A DNA stretch of 41,849 nucleotides, taken from positions 1 through 41,849 of the forward strand of contig PULL01000138.1 in NCBI GenBank assembly GCA_003550945.1. The letters are read 5' to 3'. The DNA comes from Thioalkalivibrio sp. GTDB lineage: Bacteria; Pseudomonadota; Gammaproteobacteria; Ectothiorhodospirales; Ectothiorhodospiraceae. Numbering within the stretch: position 1 is the first letter of the stretch; each line of letters begins with the position of its first letter. The notes under the pieces are model-generated. The model saw nothing but the letters and a program-made list of their open reading frames with translations, made no database searches and was not told the origin of the DNA. Of this stretch, positions 1-8,380 are shown in pieces. The translations under genes were made by a program, and so were the position numbers.

Positions 1-332
1 ACGCGGTTGCTGACATTGATCGCTGCCTGGTCGGGATCGGTCCCCAGTTCGAAGGACACCACGATGCGCAGGGTTCCGGCGTCGGTCGACGTCGACTCCA
101 TGTAGATCATGTTGTCGACGCCGTTGATCTCCTGTTCCAGCGGGCTCGCCACCGACTCCGCCATCACCTCGGCGGAAGCGCCGGGGAAAGCGGCCGCCAC
201 CAGCACCTGGGGCGGCACCACATCCGGGTACTGTTCCACCGGCAGCGCGTTCAGCGATGCCAGGCCGGCGATGACGATGATGATGGAGATGACCGAAGAG
301 AAGATCGGACGATCGATGAAGAAACTGAGCAT
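1..332 (-). CDS. RND efflux permease (AcrB/HAE1 family), N-terminal part, runs off the left edge
   Basis: Manual minus-strand translation from ATG at 332: [43 protein letters not shown]...[12 protein letters not shown], the AcrB-type N-terminus. The start overlaps the MFP stop (TGATG). Confidence 0.95.
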   Translation of the reverse strand, partial: MLSFFIDRPIFSSVISIIIVIAGLASLNALPVEQYPDVVPPQVLVAAAFPGASAEVMAESVASPLEQEINGVDNMIYMESTSTDAGTLRIVVSFELGTDPDQAAINVSNR

Positions 333-1552
333 CAGGGATTACTCACCAGCCGGACCGGTGAGGGCGTCACGGACGTGTCTCCTCCTCCCATGTCTTCTGC
401 GCCACTCCTGGATGACCGGATGGCCACTGGGAGCCCATCCCGCAGTGCGGCCAGACCACTGACAACCACCTGGTCCTCTGCAGCCAGGCCTTCCAGGATC
501 GTCTGCTGGCCCTCGACGATGGGACCCAGGCGCACGTCGCGAGCGTGAACCAGATCCTGTTCAACCACGAATACCTGAGCCCCGGTGCGGCCGTGGCGGA
601 CGGCGTCCCGAGGAATCAGCAGGACATCGCGAAGCAGCCGCACGGGCACCCGAACGCGCACGAACTGACCCGGCGCCAGCACGTACTCGGGATTCTCGAA
701 GATCGCCCGAGCCGACACGGTTCCCGTACGCGGATCCACCGCGCTGTCCGTGAAGTCCAGGTCGCCCGGTGTCGGGTACACGCTGCCGTCCGGCAACAAG
801 AGACGCACCGACCGAGCAACGGCAAGCTGCTCGTCCGTTACACCCTCAGCCGTCAACTCACGCAGGTCCGCTCGCCGCAGCAGCGCGTCGGACTCCGGCA
901 TCGAGAACCGTACGTGAATGGGATCGAGTTGGGAGATCGTGGTCAGCAGGTTGCCGCGCGAGACCAGATTACCCTCGGAGACGGTTTCAAGACCCGTGAC
1001 ACCAGCGACCGGCGCGGCCACCGTGCTCCATTCGAGGTTGAGCGCTGCACTGGCTACGGAGGCATTGGCCCGCGCCACGCTTGCCTGTGCCAGTTCGCGC
1101 TCCGCGAGGGCACGGTCATACTCCCGCCGACTGATGGCATTCTGGTCCAGTAGCCCCCGGATGCGGTCATATTCCCGACGCGCCTGATCGCGCGTCGCCT
1201 GCGCGGTGGCACGCTCGGCCTCGGCGCTCTGCAGGGCGATGCGGAAAGGAGCTGGATCCAGCACGAACAGCGGCTCCCCCTCGTCGACCACCTGACCTTC
1301 CGAAAACAGGCGCTCGATCAGGATGCCCTCGGCCCTCGCCCGGACCTCGACCTCGCGGGAGCCGCGCATGCGGCCTGCGTACTCCTGCTCCACGATCACC
1401 GTACGCGGCTCGAATTGCATCACGTCGACCAGGGTCGGCGGCCGCTGCGGAGCCTCCACATCCCCCTGCCCGCAGGCGCTGAGTGCAAGCAAAAGAGATG
1501 CGGCGAATACCCAGCGCCGAACGTGCAACCTGCCACGCAAACGAGAAGTCAT
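332..1552 (-). CDS. RND efflux periplasmic adaptor (MFP, AcrA-like lipoprotein)
   Basis: Lipobox [13 protein letters not shown] lipoyl motif, coiled-coil hairpin, VDPRTGTV and PGQFVRV motifs. Start trimmed from the ORF call (1663) to the ATG at 1552. Confidence 0.92.
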   Translation of the reverse strand: MTSRLRGRLHVRRWVFAASLLLALSACGQGDVEAPQRPPTLVDVMQFEPRTVIVEQEYAGRMRGSREVEVRARAEGILIERLFSEGQVVDEGEPLFVLDPAPFRIALQSAEAERATAQATRDQARREYDRIRGLLDQNAISRREYDRALAERELAQASVARANASVASAALNLEWSTVAAPVAGVTGLETVSEGNLVSRGNLLTTISQLDPIHVRFSMPESDALLRRADLRELTAEGVTDEQLAVARSVRLLLPDGSVYPTPGDLDFTDSAVDPRTGTVSARAIFENPEYVLAPGQFVRVRVPVRLLRDVLLIPRDAVRHGRTGAQVFVVEQDLVHARDVRLGPIVEGQQTILEGLAAEDQVVVSGLAALRDGLPVAIRSSRSGAEDMGGGDTSVTPSPVRLVSNP

Positions 1553-1712
1553 CGTGAAGCCCCCAAGGATGCGACCAGCCGACCCGACTGCGATATACGC
1601 GGCCCCGGAATCGATCTCGGCCACCGACCGCGCAGCTGTGCACACGCCAAAAAAGGCGGCCACGGCTGGCCGGCGACCGCGACTCGGGATCCTCGCTGTT
1701 TAGCGGTCGAAA

Positions 1713-1733
1713 TCCGAAAACAGTGTTTTCGGA
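1713..1733. promoter_or_regulatory. Perfect 10-1-10 palindrome, candidate repressor operator for the efflux operon
   Basis: TCCGAAAACA-G-TGTTTTCGGA in an AT-richer intergenic stretch about 160 bp upstream of the MFP start. Confidence 0.6.
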
Positions 1734-1770
1734 ATGGACCACCATGTCTAATGCGTTATTGGGTGACTAA

Positions 1771-1789
1771 TGATGCATTTTACGCATCA
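1771..1789. promoter_or_regulatory. LysR-type T-N11-A inverted repeat overlapping a possible -10
   Basis: TGATGC-N7-GCATCA. The minus strand reads TAAAAT in the spacer. Confidence 0.35.
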
Positions 1790-1861
1790 ATCTCCCACTT
1801 CGGTCACTGGCTCATTCCCGAGAGATCTGGCCACGGGTGGCCCGACGGTCCACCGACCGCA

Positions 1862-2335
1862 TCAACGCGTTACACGCATCGTCCGGCCCTGTCCGAGCAC
1901 GCGGACGCGATCACCGGGTGCAAAGAACTGGTTTGGATCCTCCTCCTGTACGACGGAGACGAAGCTCCCGTTGTCCAGGCGCACGGTGATCTCGACACCC
2001 TGACGCCGGCTGACCGCCTCTTCGACACGCTGCCCGGCGATGCCACCGGCCACGGCACCAGCCACGGTGGCCATATCCTGACCGCGGCCGCCGCCGATAC
2101 CCCTGCCGGCAATGCCGCCGAGAACCGCACCGGTACCCGCGCCGACGACACCGTCAGTTCGGCCCTCGATCACCACCGGTGTAACCGACTCGACGTGCCC
2201 CATCTGAACCGTCTGCGCCTGCCGCGCCTCGCCCCGGCTGTACGTGGTCCCGGTGAGTGTTGGCTGGGCACAGCCCGCCAGAACCGCCCCGCTCATGAGC
2301 ACGAGGAAATACACCTTTGTCTTGCTCAACATCAT
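1862..2335 (-). CDS. slyB: Outer membrane lipoprotein SlyB/Pcp (glycine zipper 2TM)
   Basis: Lipobox LAGC, YSRGEARQAQTV motif, glycine zipper, VEITVRLDNG..VVQ C-terminus, AGGAG RBS. Confidence 0.88.
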   Translation of the reverse strand: MMLSKTKVYFLVLMSGAVLAGCAQPTLTGTTYSRGEARQAQTVQMGHVESVTPVVIEGRTDGVVGAGTGAVLGGIAGRGIGGGRGQDMATVAGAVAGGIAGQRVEEAVSRRQGVEITVRLDNGSFVSVVQEEDPNQFFAPGDRVRVLGQGRTMRVTR

Positions 2336-2408
2336 TTTTCTCCTGTTACCGGCCCTGCACCTTGTTCAAACGCCATGCGGTGCACGCGGTCTCCTGCGTG
2401 CAGGATAC

Positions 2409-2441
2409 AATCTACAAGCGTTCTCTGAATACTTTCTGAAC
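2409..2441 (-). promoter_or_regulatory. PhoP-like direct repeat plus -10 element for slyB
   Basis: Minus strand GTTCAG-AAAGT-ATTCAG (2441-2425), then 10 nt, then TAGATT (2414-2409). Confidence 0.6.
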
Positions 2442-2604
2442 GAAAAGATGGTCCAGGGAACCCATGCCGTTTGCACTCCGAAGCCTGCCGCAACGCTGAA
2501 CAATGAAATCCTCCCTTCCCCGCAGGCGGGAAAGGGGCTGCGTGACTGCAATTAACCCTGGCCCTCCGGTCTGCCTCCTCCGCGCGATCAAGCCGGGGGA
2601 TGGC

Positions 2605-3963
2605 TCACCGGGATACCGCAAGCTCGATCCCCTCGCGCATCACCTCCACGAGAAAGTCGATCTCCTGTTCGGTAATCACGTACGGCGGCATCAGGTAGCT
2701 GACGTTTCCCAGTGGCCGCAGCAGCGCGCCTCGTTTCAGAGCGTGGCGGTAGATCTCCAGCCCGCGGCGCTCCTGCCAGGGAAACGGCCTGCGGGAGGCC
2801 TTGTCCTGCACGAGTTCCACCGCCGCGATCATCCCGGTCTGCCGCACTTCGGCAACGTGCGGGTGTTCCCGCAAAGGTTCCAGCGCGCGCGCCATGTGCT
2901 GTGCGAGCTCCTGGTTACGTTCGAGCACCGGCTCGCGCTCGAAGATGTCCAGCGTTGCCAGTGCCGCGCGACAGGCCAATGGGTTACCGGTGTAGGAGTG
3001 CGAATGCAGGAAGGCGTTCAGCTTCTCGTAGTCGTCGTAGAAGGCGTCGTAGATCTCATCGGTGGTCAGCGCCAAGGCCAGCGGGAGATAACCACCGGTA
3101 AGTCCCTTCGATAGCAACAGAAAATCCGCTGCAATCGACCCCTGCTCGCAGGCGAACATCGTACCGGTGCGGCCGAAGCCGACCGCGATCTCGTCGGCGA
3201 TCAGGTGGACGCCGTGGCGGTCGCAGGCGTCCCGCAGCAATCGCAGGTACTCGGGATCGTACATGCGCATCGAGCCCGCGCACTGCACCAGCGGCTCGAT
3301 GATCACCGCCGCGGTTTCGTGAGCGTGGGCGGCGAGGGTGGCTTCCATCAGCGCGAACTGGCGCCGCGCGACGTCGGCACAGGTTTCGCCTTCCTCGCGT
3401 TCGAAGCAGTCCGGCCCCGGCACGGTGATCACCGGCATCATCAGTGGCGCGTAGGTGGCGCGATACAGCTCCACCGCACCGACCGCCAGCGCCCCCAGGG
3501 TTTCGCCGTGATAGCTGTTGGTCAGGCAGATGAAGCGCTGCTTTTCCGGTTGCCCGCGGTTCTTCCAGTAATGGAAGCTCATCTTCAGCGCCACCTCGAC
3601 GGCGGCGCTGCCATTGTCGGCGAAGAAGCAGCGGGTCAGTGGTTCCGGCGTCAGTCCGATCAGCCGCTCGGAGAGGCGCACCACCGGTTCGTGGGTGCAG
3701 CCGGCCAGGATCACGTGCTCCAGCTGGTCCAGCTGGTCACGGATCGCCGCGTTGATGGTCGGGTTCGCGTGCCCGAACAGGTTCACCCACCAGGAACTGA
3801 TCGCGTCCAGGTAGCGCCTGCCTTCGAAATCTTCCAGCCAGACGCCTTCGCCCCGCCGGATGGCCAGCATGGGAAGAGTGCCCTCCTCCCCGTAGTCCTT
3901 CATCTGCGTGCAGGGGTGCCACAGAGCCGCGAGATCGCGGCGTTTCAGAGTATTCGAGTCCAT
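2605..3963 (-). CDS. bioA: Adenosylmethionine-8-amino-7-oxononanoate aminotransferase
   Basis: LWHPCTQM, DAISSWWVNLFGH, YHGETLG, IADEIAVGFGRTG, PLP lysine in LSKGLTGG, LLRPLGN. Confidence 0.95.
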   Translation of the reverse strand: MDSNTLKRRDLAALWHPCTQMKDYGEEGTLPMLAIRRGEGVWLEDFEGRRYLDAISSWWVNLFGHANPTINAAIRDQLDQLEHVILAGCTHEPVVRLSERLIGLTPEPLTRCFFADNGSAAVEVALKMSFHYWKNRGQPEKQRFICLTNSYHGETLGALAVGAVELYRATYAPLMMPVITVPGPDCFEREEGETCADVARRQFALMEATLAAHAHETAAVIIEPLVQCAGSMRMYDPEYLRLLRDACDRHGVHLIADEIAVGFGRTGTMFACEQGSIAADFLLLSKGLTGGYLPLALALTTDEIYDAFYDDYEKLNAFLHSHSYTGNPLACRAALATLDIFEREPVLERNQELAQHMARALEPLREHPHVAEVRQTGMIAAVELVQDKASRRPFPWQERRGLEIYRHALKRGALLRPLGNVSYLMPPYVITEQEIDFLVEVMREGIELAVSR

Positions 3964-4058
3964 CCGCGCATTGTAGCGCCGCGGCCGCGGCACCGAAGAC
4001 CCGCCTCGACTTCCTGGGGAGAATGCGCGGCGTTCAAGCCAACCCGGGCAATCCCCGG

Positions 4059-5423
4059 TCAGGGCGCCGCCACCATTCCCGCGTACTCGTCCTCGAAGAA
4101 GAAGCGGTTCTCACCGAAGGCCGGGCGCAGTTGGTCGAGCCAGGTCGCGTTTTCGTCGTAGCGCGCGAAGAACGGCCGCTGCACCCAGTCCGGGTTGCGG
4201 CCCTGCACGAAGCGCAGCGCGAAGACCTTCTCACCGTGAATCTCGGTCACACCCTGGACTTCGACCTTGCCGGGCCCTGCGCTCATCGACGGACCGCGGG
4301 CGGTGCGGGCAAGCCCGGACACCGACTGCATCGCTTCCCGGTAAATCGACCACGCGCGGGCCAGGGGTACCTCGAAGTAGCGGCGGGCGCCGGTATCCCG
4401 CTCGACGAACATGTAGTAGGGGTGGATGCCCGCACCAACCTGCTCGCGCCAGAGCCGTGCCCAGTCCTCGGGCCGGTCGTTGATGTGGGCGAGCAGCGGG
4501 CCCTGCGAGCGGATGGTCACTCCAGTCTCCCGCAAGCGCCGGATCGCCGCCCGAGCGATTGCTGTGTCCAGCTCCCGCCAATGATTGTAGTGCGCCATCA
4601 CCGCGACGTTCTTGCCCCCGTCGACCAGCCGCTCCAGCAGCCGCAGCAGATCGTCGGCATCCGGATCGGTAACGAACCGGTAGGGCCAGAAGGTCAGGGC
4701 CTTGGTGCCGATCCGGAGGTTCTGCACATGGTCGTACTCGGGTGCGAGCAGCGGTTCGAGGTACTGGGCCAGGTTCCGGGTTTTCATCACCATCGGATCG
4801 CCGCCGGTCACCAGCAGGTCGGAGACGTCCGGATGCGCGCGCAGGTAACCCAGGACCTGCTCGACCTCGCTGGACGCCATCCGCAACGCCTTGTCACCAA
4901 CGAACTGCGCCCAGCGGAAGCAGAAGGTGCAGTAGCTGTGGCAGGTCTGCCCCTGGCTTGGGAAAAAAAGTACCGTCTCGCGGTACTTGTGTTGCAGCCC
5001 CTCGATGACCTGTCCCTCGGGGTCACGCGGCCGGTTCAGCTCCAGCTGTCCCGCCGGGTGCGGGTTCAGGGACTCTCGCAATTCCTGCGCCAACCCGGCG
5101 ATTTCCAGCCGCCCAGCCCCGGAGCGGCGCAGTGCGGCCATGCGCTCGAAAGCCTCCGGTTCAAGCATCCCCCGCTGCGGAAAGGTCAGCTGGAAGATCG
5201 GATCGTCGGGTACGCGGGACCAGTCGATCAGTTCGTCGATCACGTACTGGTTCACGCGAAAGGGCAGCACGCTGGCGACCACCTGCATGTCGAAACGCAC
5301 GTCTTCGGGCAGGCGGTACAGAGCGTCGATGCGCTCCAGGCTTCGTTCATTGAATACCTTGAAGCTGCGAGGCTCGATGCTCCCCAGTTCGGGGTCGCGA
5401 AAGAACTTGAGAACTGAGTTCAT
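4059..5423 (-). CDS. KamA-family radical SAM aminomutase (lysine 2,3-aminomutase-like)
   Basis: GLQHKYRET, CxxxCxxC motif (CHSYCTFCFR), LVTGGDPM, HINDR, PYYMF, GPGK. AGGAGG RBS before the ATG at 5423. Confidence 0.88.
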   Translation of the reverse strand: MNSVLKFFRDPELGSIEPRSFKVFNERSLERIDALYRLPEDVRFDMQVVASVLPFRVNQYVIDELIDWSRVPDDPIFQLTFPQRGMLEPEAFERMAALRRSGAGRLEIAGLAQELRESLNPHPAGQLELNRPRDPEGQVIEGLQHKYRETVLFFPSQGQTCHSYCTFCFRWAQFVGDKALRMASSEVEQVLGYLRAHPDVSDLLVTGGDPMVMKTRNLAQYLEPLLAPEYDHVQNLRIGTKALTFWPYRFVTDPDADDLLRLLERLVDGGKNVAVMAHYNHWRELDTAIARAAIRRLRETGVTIRSQGPLLAHINDRPEDWARLWREQVGAGIHPYYMFVERDTGARRYFEVPLARAWSIYREAMQSVSGLARTARGPSMSAGPGKVEVQGVTEIHGEKVFALRFVQGRNPDWVQRPFFARYDENATWLDQLRPAFGENRFFFEDEYAGMVAAP

Positions 5424-5524
5424 ACAGTTCCTCCTGAAGCGGAAAGAGAGAGGGCCGCAAGCGCGGCGGGGGCTCTGCCCCGAGGTGCCGATGACGCGGC
5501 GAGCTGCCGCCAGAAGATGCTTGG

Positions 5525-5543
5525 TCGCAAAATGTGTTTGCGA
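5525..5543. promoter_or_regulatory. 7-5-7 inverted repeat between divergent genes, candidate TF site
   Basis: TCGCAAA-ATGTG-TTTGCGA. Confidence 0.45.
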
Positions 5544-5713
5544 AAAACAGTCGGCGAGCCTAACAACCCGGGCGCCCCCTGGCAACCCCTCGCGGCGCCC
5601 CGCCCCGGCCGCTTCACCTTCGCGACACTCCGAACTCCAGTGCGCGGAGCGCGTTCCGGCTTGACCTGCTACGGGAATGTGACAGGCTTGCGAAACCGTG
5701 AATGGAGTCAAAC

Positions 5714-6835
5714 ATGCACCCGGAATTCCCGCACCACGACATCATCCACCTGAATCACGCCGCCGTCGGACCGTGGCCACTCCGCACCGCAGAGGCCGTG
5801 GCCACTTTCGCGCGCGAGAATGCAGTCACGGGTTCCCTTCACTACGGCGCATGGCTGAAGGTCGAGGAAGCCACCCGCGCGCTGGCCCGCCGCCTGCTGG
5901 GGGCGGCCGACGCGGGCGACGTGGCGTTCGTGAAGAACACCTCCGAAGCGCTGTCGATCGTGGCGTTCGGCATGCGCTGGTCTCCGGGCCAGAACATCGT
6001 GATCCCGAGCGGCGAGTTCCCGTCGAACCGGATCGTGTGGATCAAGGCCGCGGAGCGCTTCGGTTTGAGAGTGCGTGAAGTCGAGCTGCCTTTCGACGAA
6101 CCGGAGGCGGCGCTGCTCGGCGCCTGCGACCGCGACACGGCCTTGCTTTCATGCAGCGCGGTTCAGTTCGCTACCGGTCTGCGGCTGGATTTGGAGCGCC
6201 TCGGGGCCGCTCTGCGCCGGAAGGGCGTGCTGTTCTGCGTCGATGCGATCCAGCACCTCGGCGCCCTGCCCTTCGACGTCGAAGCGGTAAACGCGGATTT
6301 CGTGATGGCGGATGCGCACAAATGGCTGCTGGCGCCCGAGGGCATCGCGGTTTTCCACGTGCGCCCGGAGATGCACGAACGCCTGGTGCTGCAGGAGTAC
6401 GGGTGGCACATGCTCGCGGATGCAGGCGACTACAGCACCTACGAACTCACAGAGGCGGCCGATGCCCGACGCTACGAACCGGGAAGCCCCAACCTGCTCG
6501 GCATTCACGCCCTGCACGCGAGTCTGTCGCTGCTGCTGGAGACCGGGATCGAGGCGATCGCGGCCGACATCGAAACCCGCTGGCAGCACCTGCACGAAGG
6601 TCTGCGGCGACTCGGCTGCCCTATCGTGACCCCGGCTGATCCGAAACGCCACGCGGGCATCCTGACCTTCCTTCCGGCACACGGAAACACGGAATCCCTG
6701 TTTCGGGCACTGCAGCAGCGCCGCGTAATGTGTGCGCAACGGGGCGGCGGCATCCGTTTCTCACCGCATTTCTATCTGCCACTCAAAGCGCTGGACACGG
6801 CGCTGGCCGCGGTCGGGGAGGAGATCGGGGGCTGA
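5714..6835 (+). CDS. Aminotransferase class V-fold PLP enzyme (C-S lyase / cysteine desulfurase-like)
   Basis: HLNHAAVGP, KNTSEAL, VDAIQHLG, PLP lysine in ADAHKWLL, IRFSPHFY. GGAG RBS favours the ATG at 5714; alternative ATG at 5702. Confidence 0.85.
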   Translation: MHPEFPHHDIIHLNHAAVGPWPLRTAEAVATFARENAVTGSLHYGAWLKVEEATRALARRLLGAADAGDVAFVKNTSEALSIVAFGMRWSPGQNIVIPSGEFPSNRIVWIKAAERFGLRVREVELPFDEPEAALLGACDRDTALLSCSAVQFATGLRLDLERLGAALRRKGVLFCVDAIQHLGALPFDVEAVNADFVMADAHKWLLAPEGIAVFHVRPEMHERLVLQEYGWHMLADAGDYSTYELTEAADARRYEPGSPNLLGIHALHASLSLLLETGIEAIAADIETRWQHLHEGLRRLGCPIVTPADPKRHAGILTFLPAHGNTESLFRALQQRRVMCAQRGGGIRFSPHFYLPLKALDTALAAVGEEIGG

Positions 6836-6880
6836 GAGAATCAGGCGGTGCAATGAGCGCGCATACCGCCGCAGGCACCA

Positions 6881-7228
6881 TCAGAGGGTGTGGGTGCGCC
6901 CTGTGGACTGCAGCATGCCACCGAGGTGAGTCTCGATCAGGCGACGGGTGGCGCCCTTGTCGTTGGGGCTGAACTGCACGCCGATGCCCCGGGAACGGTT
7001 GCCCTGGGCGCGGGGCGGGGTAATCCACACGACCTGGCAGGGCACCGGAATGCGCTCGGGCTCGTCCAGCAGGGACAACAGTACGAAGACCTCGTCGCCC
7101 AGGCGAAACGGCTTGTCGGTGGGAATAAAGAGCCCGCCGTTGGTCAGAAAGGGCATATACGCGGCAAACAGGGCCGACTTCTCCCGTATCGCCAGCGTCA
7201 GAATGCGCCCTCTCGCAGGTGCCGTCAT
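6881..7228 (-). CDS. pilZ: Type IV pilus assembly protein PilZ
   Basis: AAYMPFLTNGGLFIPT, VVWITP, GIGVQF, THTL C-terminus. Canonical position downstream of holB. Confidence 0.93.
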   Translation of the reverse strand: MTAPARGRILTLAIREKSALFAAYMPFLTNGGLFIPTDKPFRLGDEVFVLLSLLDEPERIPVPCQVVWITPPRAQGNRSRGIGVQFSPNDKGATRRLIETHLGGMLQSTGRTHTL

Positions 7229-7360
7229 CGTTTCTTCACAACCTCGCCGTGCCGAACGGTTCGGGATTCAGCCGGTGGCCGCTTCGATTGTCTTCGCAAC
7301 CACCGTAGCCTCCGATTATCGCCGGTTTTTTTGCACCAATGCCAGTGCCGGGCGCGGGGC

Positions 7361-8353
7361 TCAGCCAGAGCGGCGCCAGAAACGCAGCACGATGGCCTCG
7401 CAGCGGAGGTTCGGGTTCAATGGCGCCTGCAGTTCCCGCTGCCATCGCAGCGTGTCCTGAAACAACAGCGCCGTCTCCTGCATGCCCCGCTAGTGGGCAA
7501 ACCGTTGCAGCGAATCGCTGTCGAACAAACGCCCGAACGCGTCCCGCTCACCCTGCACGAGGTAGTGCTGGACCGAAAGCAGCAGCCGCTGCAGGCGCGG
7601 CAGCAGCGAGGCCAGGTCGCACGCGAGGAAACGCTCGATCACCGGGAAAGGAGATGTTCCGCGCAGCAGCGCCTGCAGGGCCGCGTGATCCGCCTGCCAC
7701 GCCGACCGCGCCGTATCGTCTTCCAGCAGCGCCTGCGCTTCGAGCGGCCGGTCGAGGCACGCGGCCAGCGCCTCCTCGACCGACATCTCGCGATCCGCCG
7801 CAGACCTCAGCCAATCGGCGACCACGCCCCGATCCGGTACCGGCACGCGCAGGAGCCGGCAGCGGCTCCGGACGGTCGCAGGGAGACGCGCCGGTTGCGC
7901 GGCAGACAGCAGCAGCATAGCCCCTCCGGGGGGCTCTTCCAGGGTTTTGAGCAGCGCGTTGGCGGCATTCACGGTCATCGCCTCGGCCGGCTCGATGAAC
8001 ACCAGCCGCGCGGGTCCGCTGCGGCTGAGCGACAGAAACTCGATCACCTCGCGAATATGGTCGACCAGGATCTCCTTCCCCGGCGCCTCGGGCATCACGT
8101 GAAGAATTTCCGGGTGACTGGCGCCGAGGAAGCTGCGGCATCCATTGCAGCGGCCGCAGCCGTAGCGACTATCCCCGGCGTCCGTGCAGGCCATCCGCTG
8201 CAGGAAGGCTCGTGCCAGTATCCCCTTGCCGACCCCCTTCGGCCCGGTCACCAGCAAACCGGAGGGTGCCTGGTTGGCACTGACCAGGCGAACCAGTTCG
8301 CCGAGCCGAACTTCCAGCCAGGGCGGAAAGGGGCGTTGATCACTACCGGTCAT
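7361..8353 (-). CDS. holB: DNA polymerase III delta' subunit, interrupted by an in-frame TAG at 7490-7492
   Basis: GPKGVGK, Zn-binding CGRCNGC, HPE, NAANALLKTLEEP, RSRC. The frame continues 42 sense codons past the TAG (RGMQ...PLNPNLRCEAIVLRFWRRSG) to TGA at 7361-7363, giving 330 aa if read through. Confidence 0.88.
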
Positions 8354-8380
8354 TCGCTGCTCCGCCCCGGTTTTCGTCCA

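Noticed and set aside
1770-1790. FNR site (TTGAT/ATCAA half-site)
   Set aside because: Half-site spacing is 11 nt rather than the required 4.
5424-5713. Lysine or SAM riboswitch upstream of the KamA-like gene
   Set aside because: No recognisable aptamer motifs or terminator U-tract by eye. An Rfam/Infernal scan would be decisive.
7490-7492. Alternative genetic code or pyrrolysine as the explanation for the holB TAG
   Set aside because: TAG terminates acpP, fabF, pabC and mnmA at their expected ends, and there are no pyl genes or tRNA in the window.
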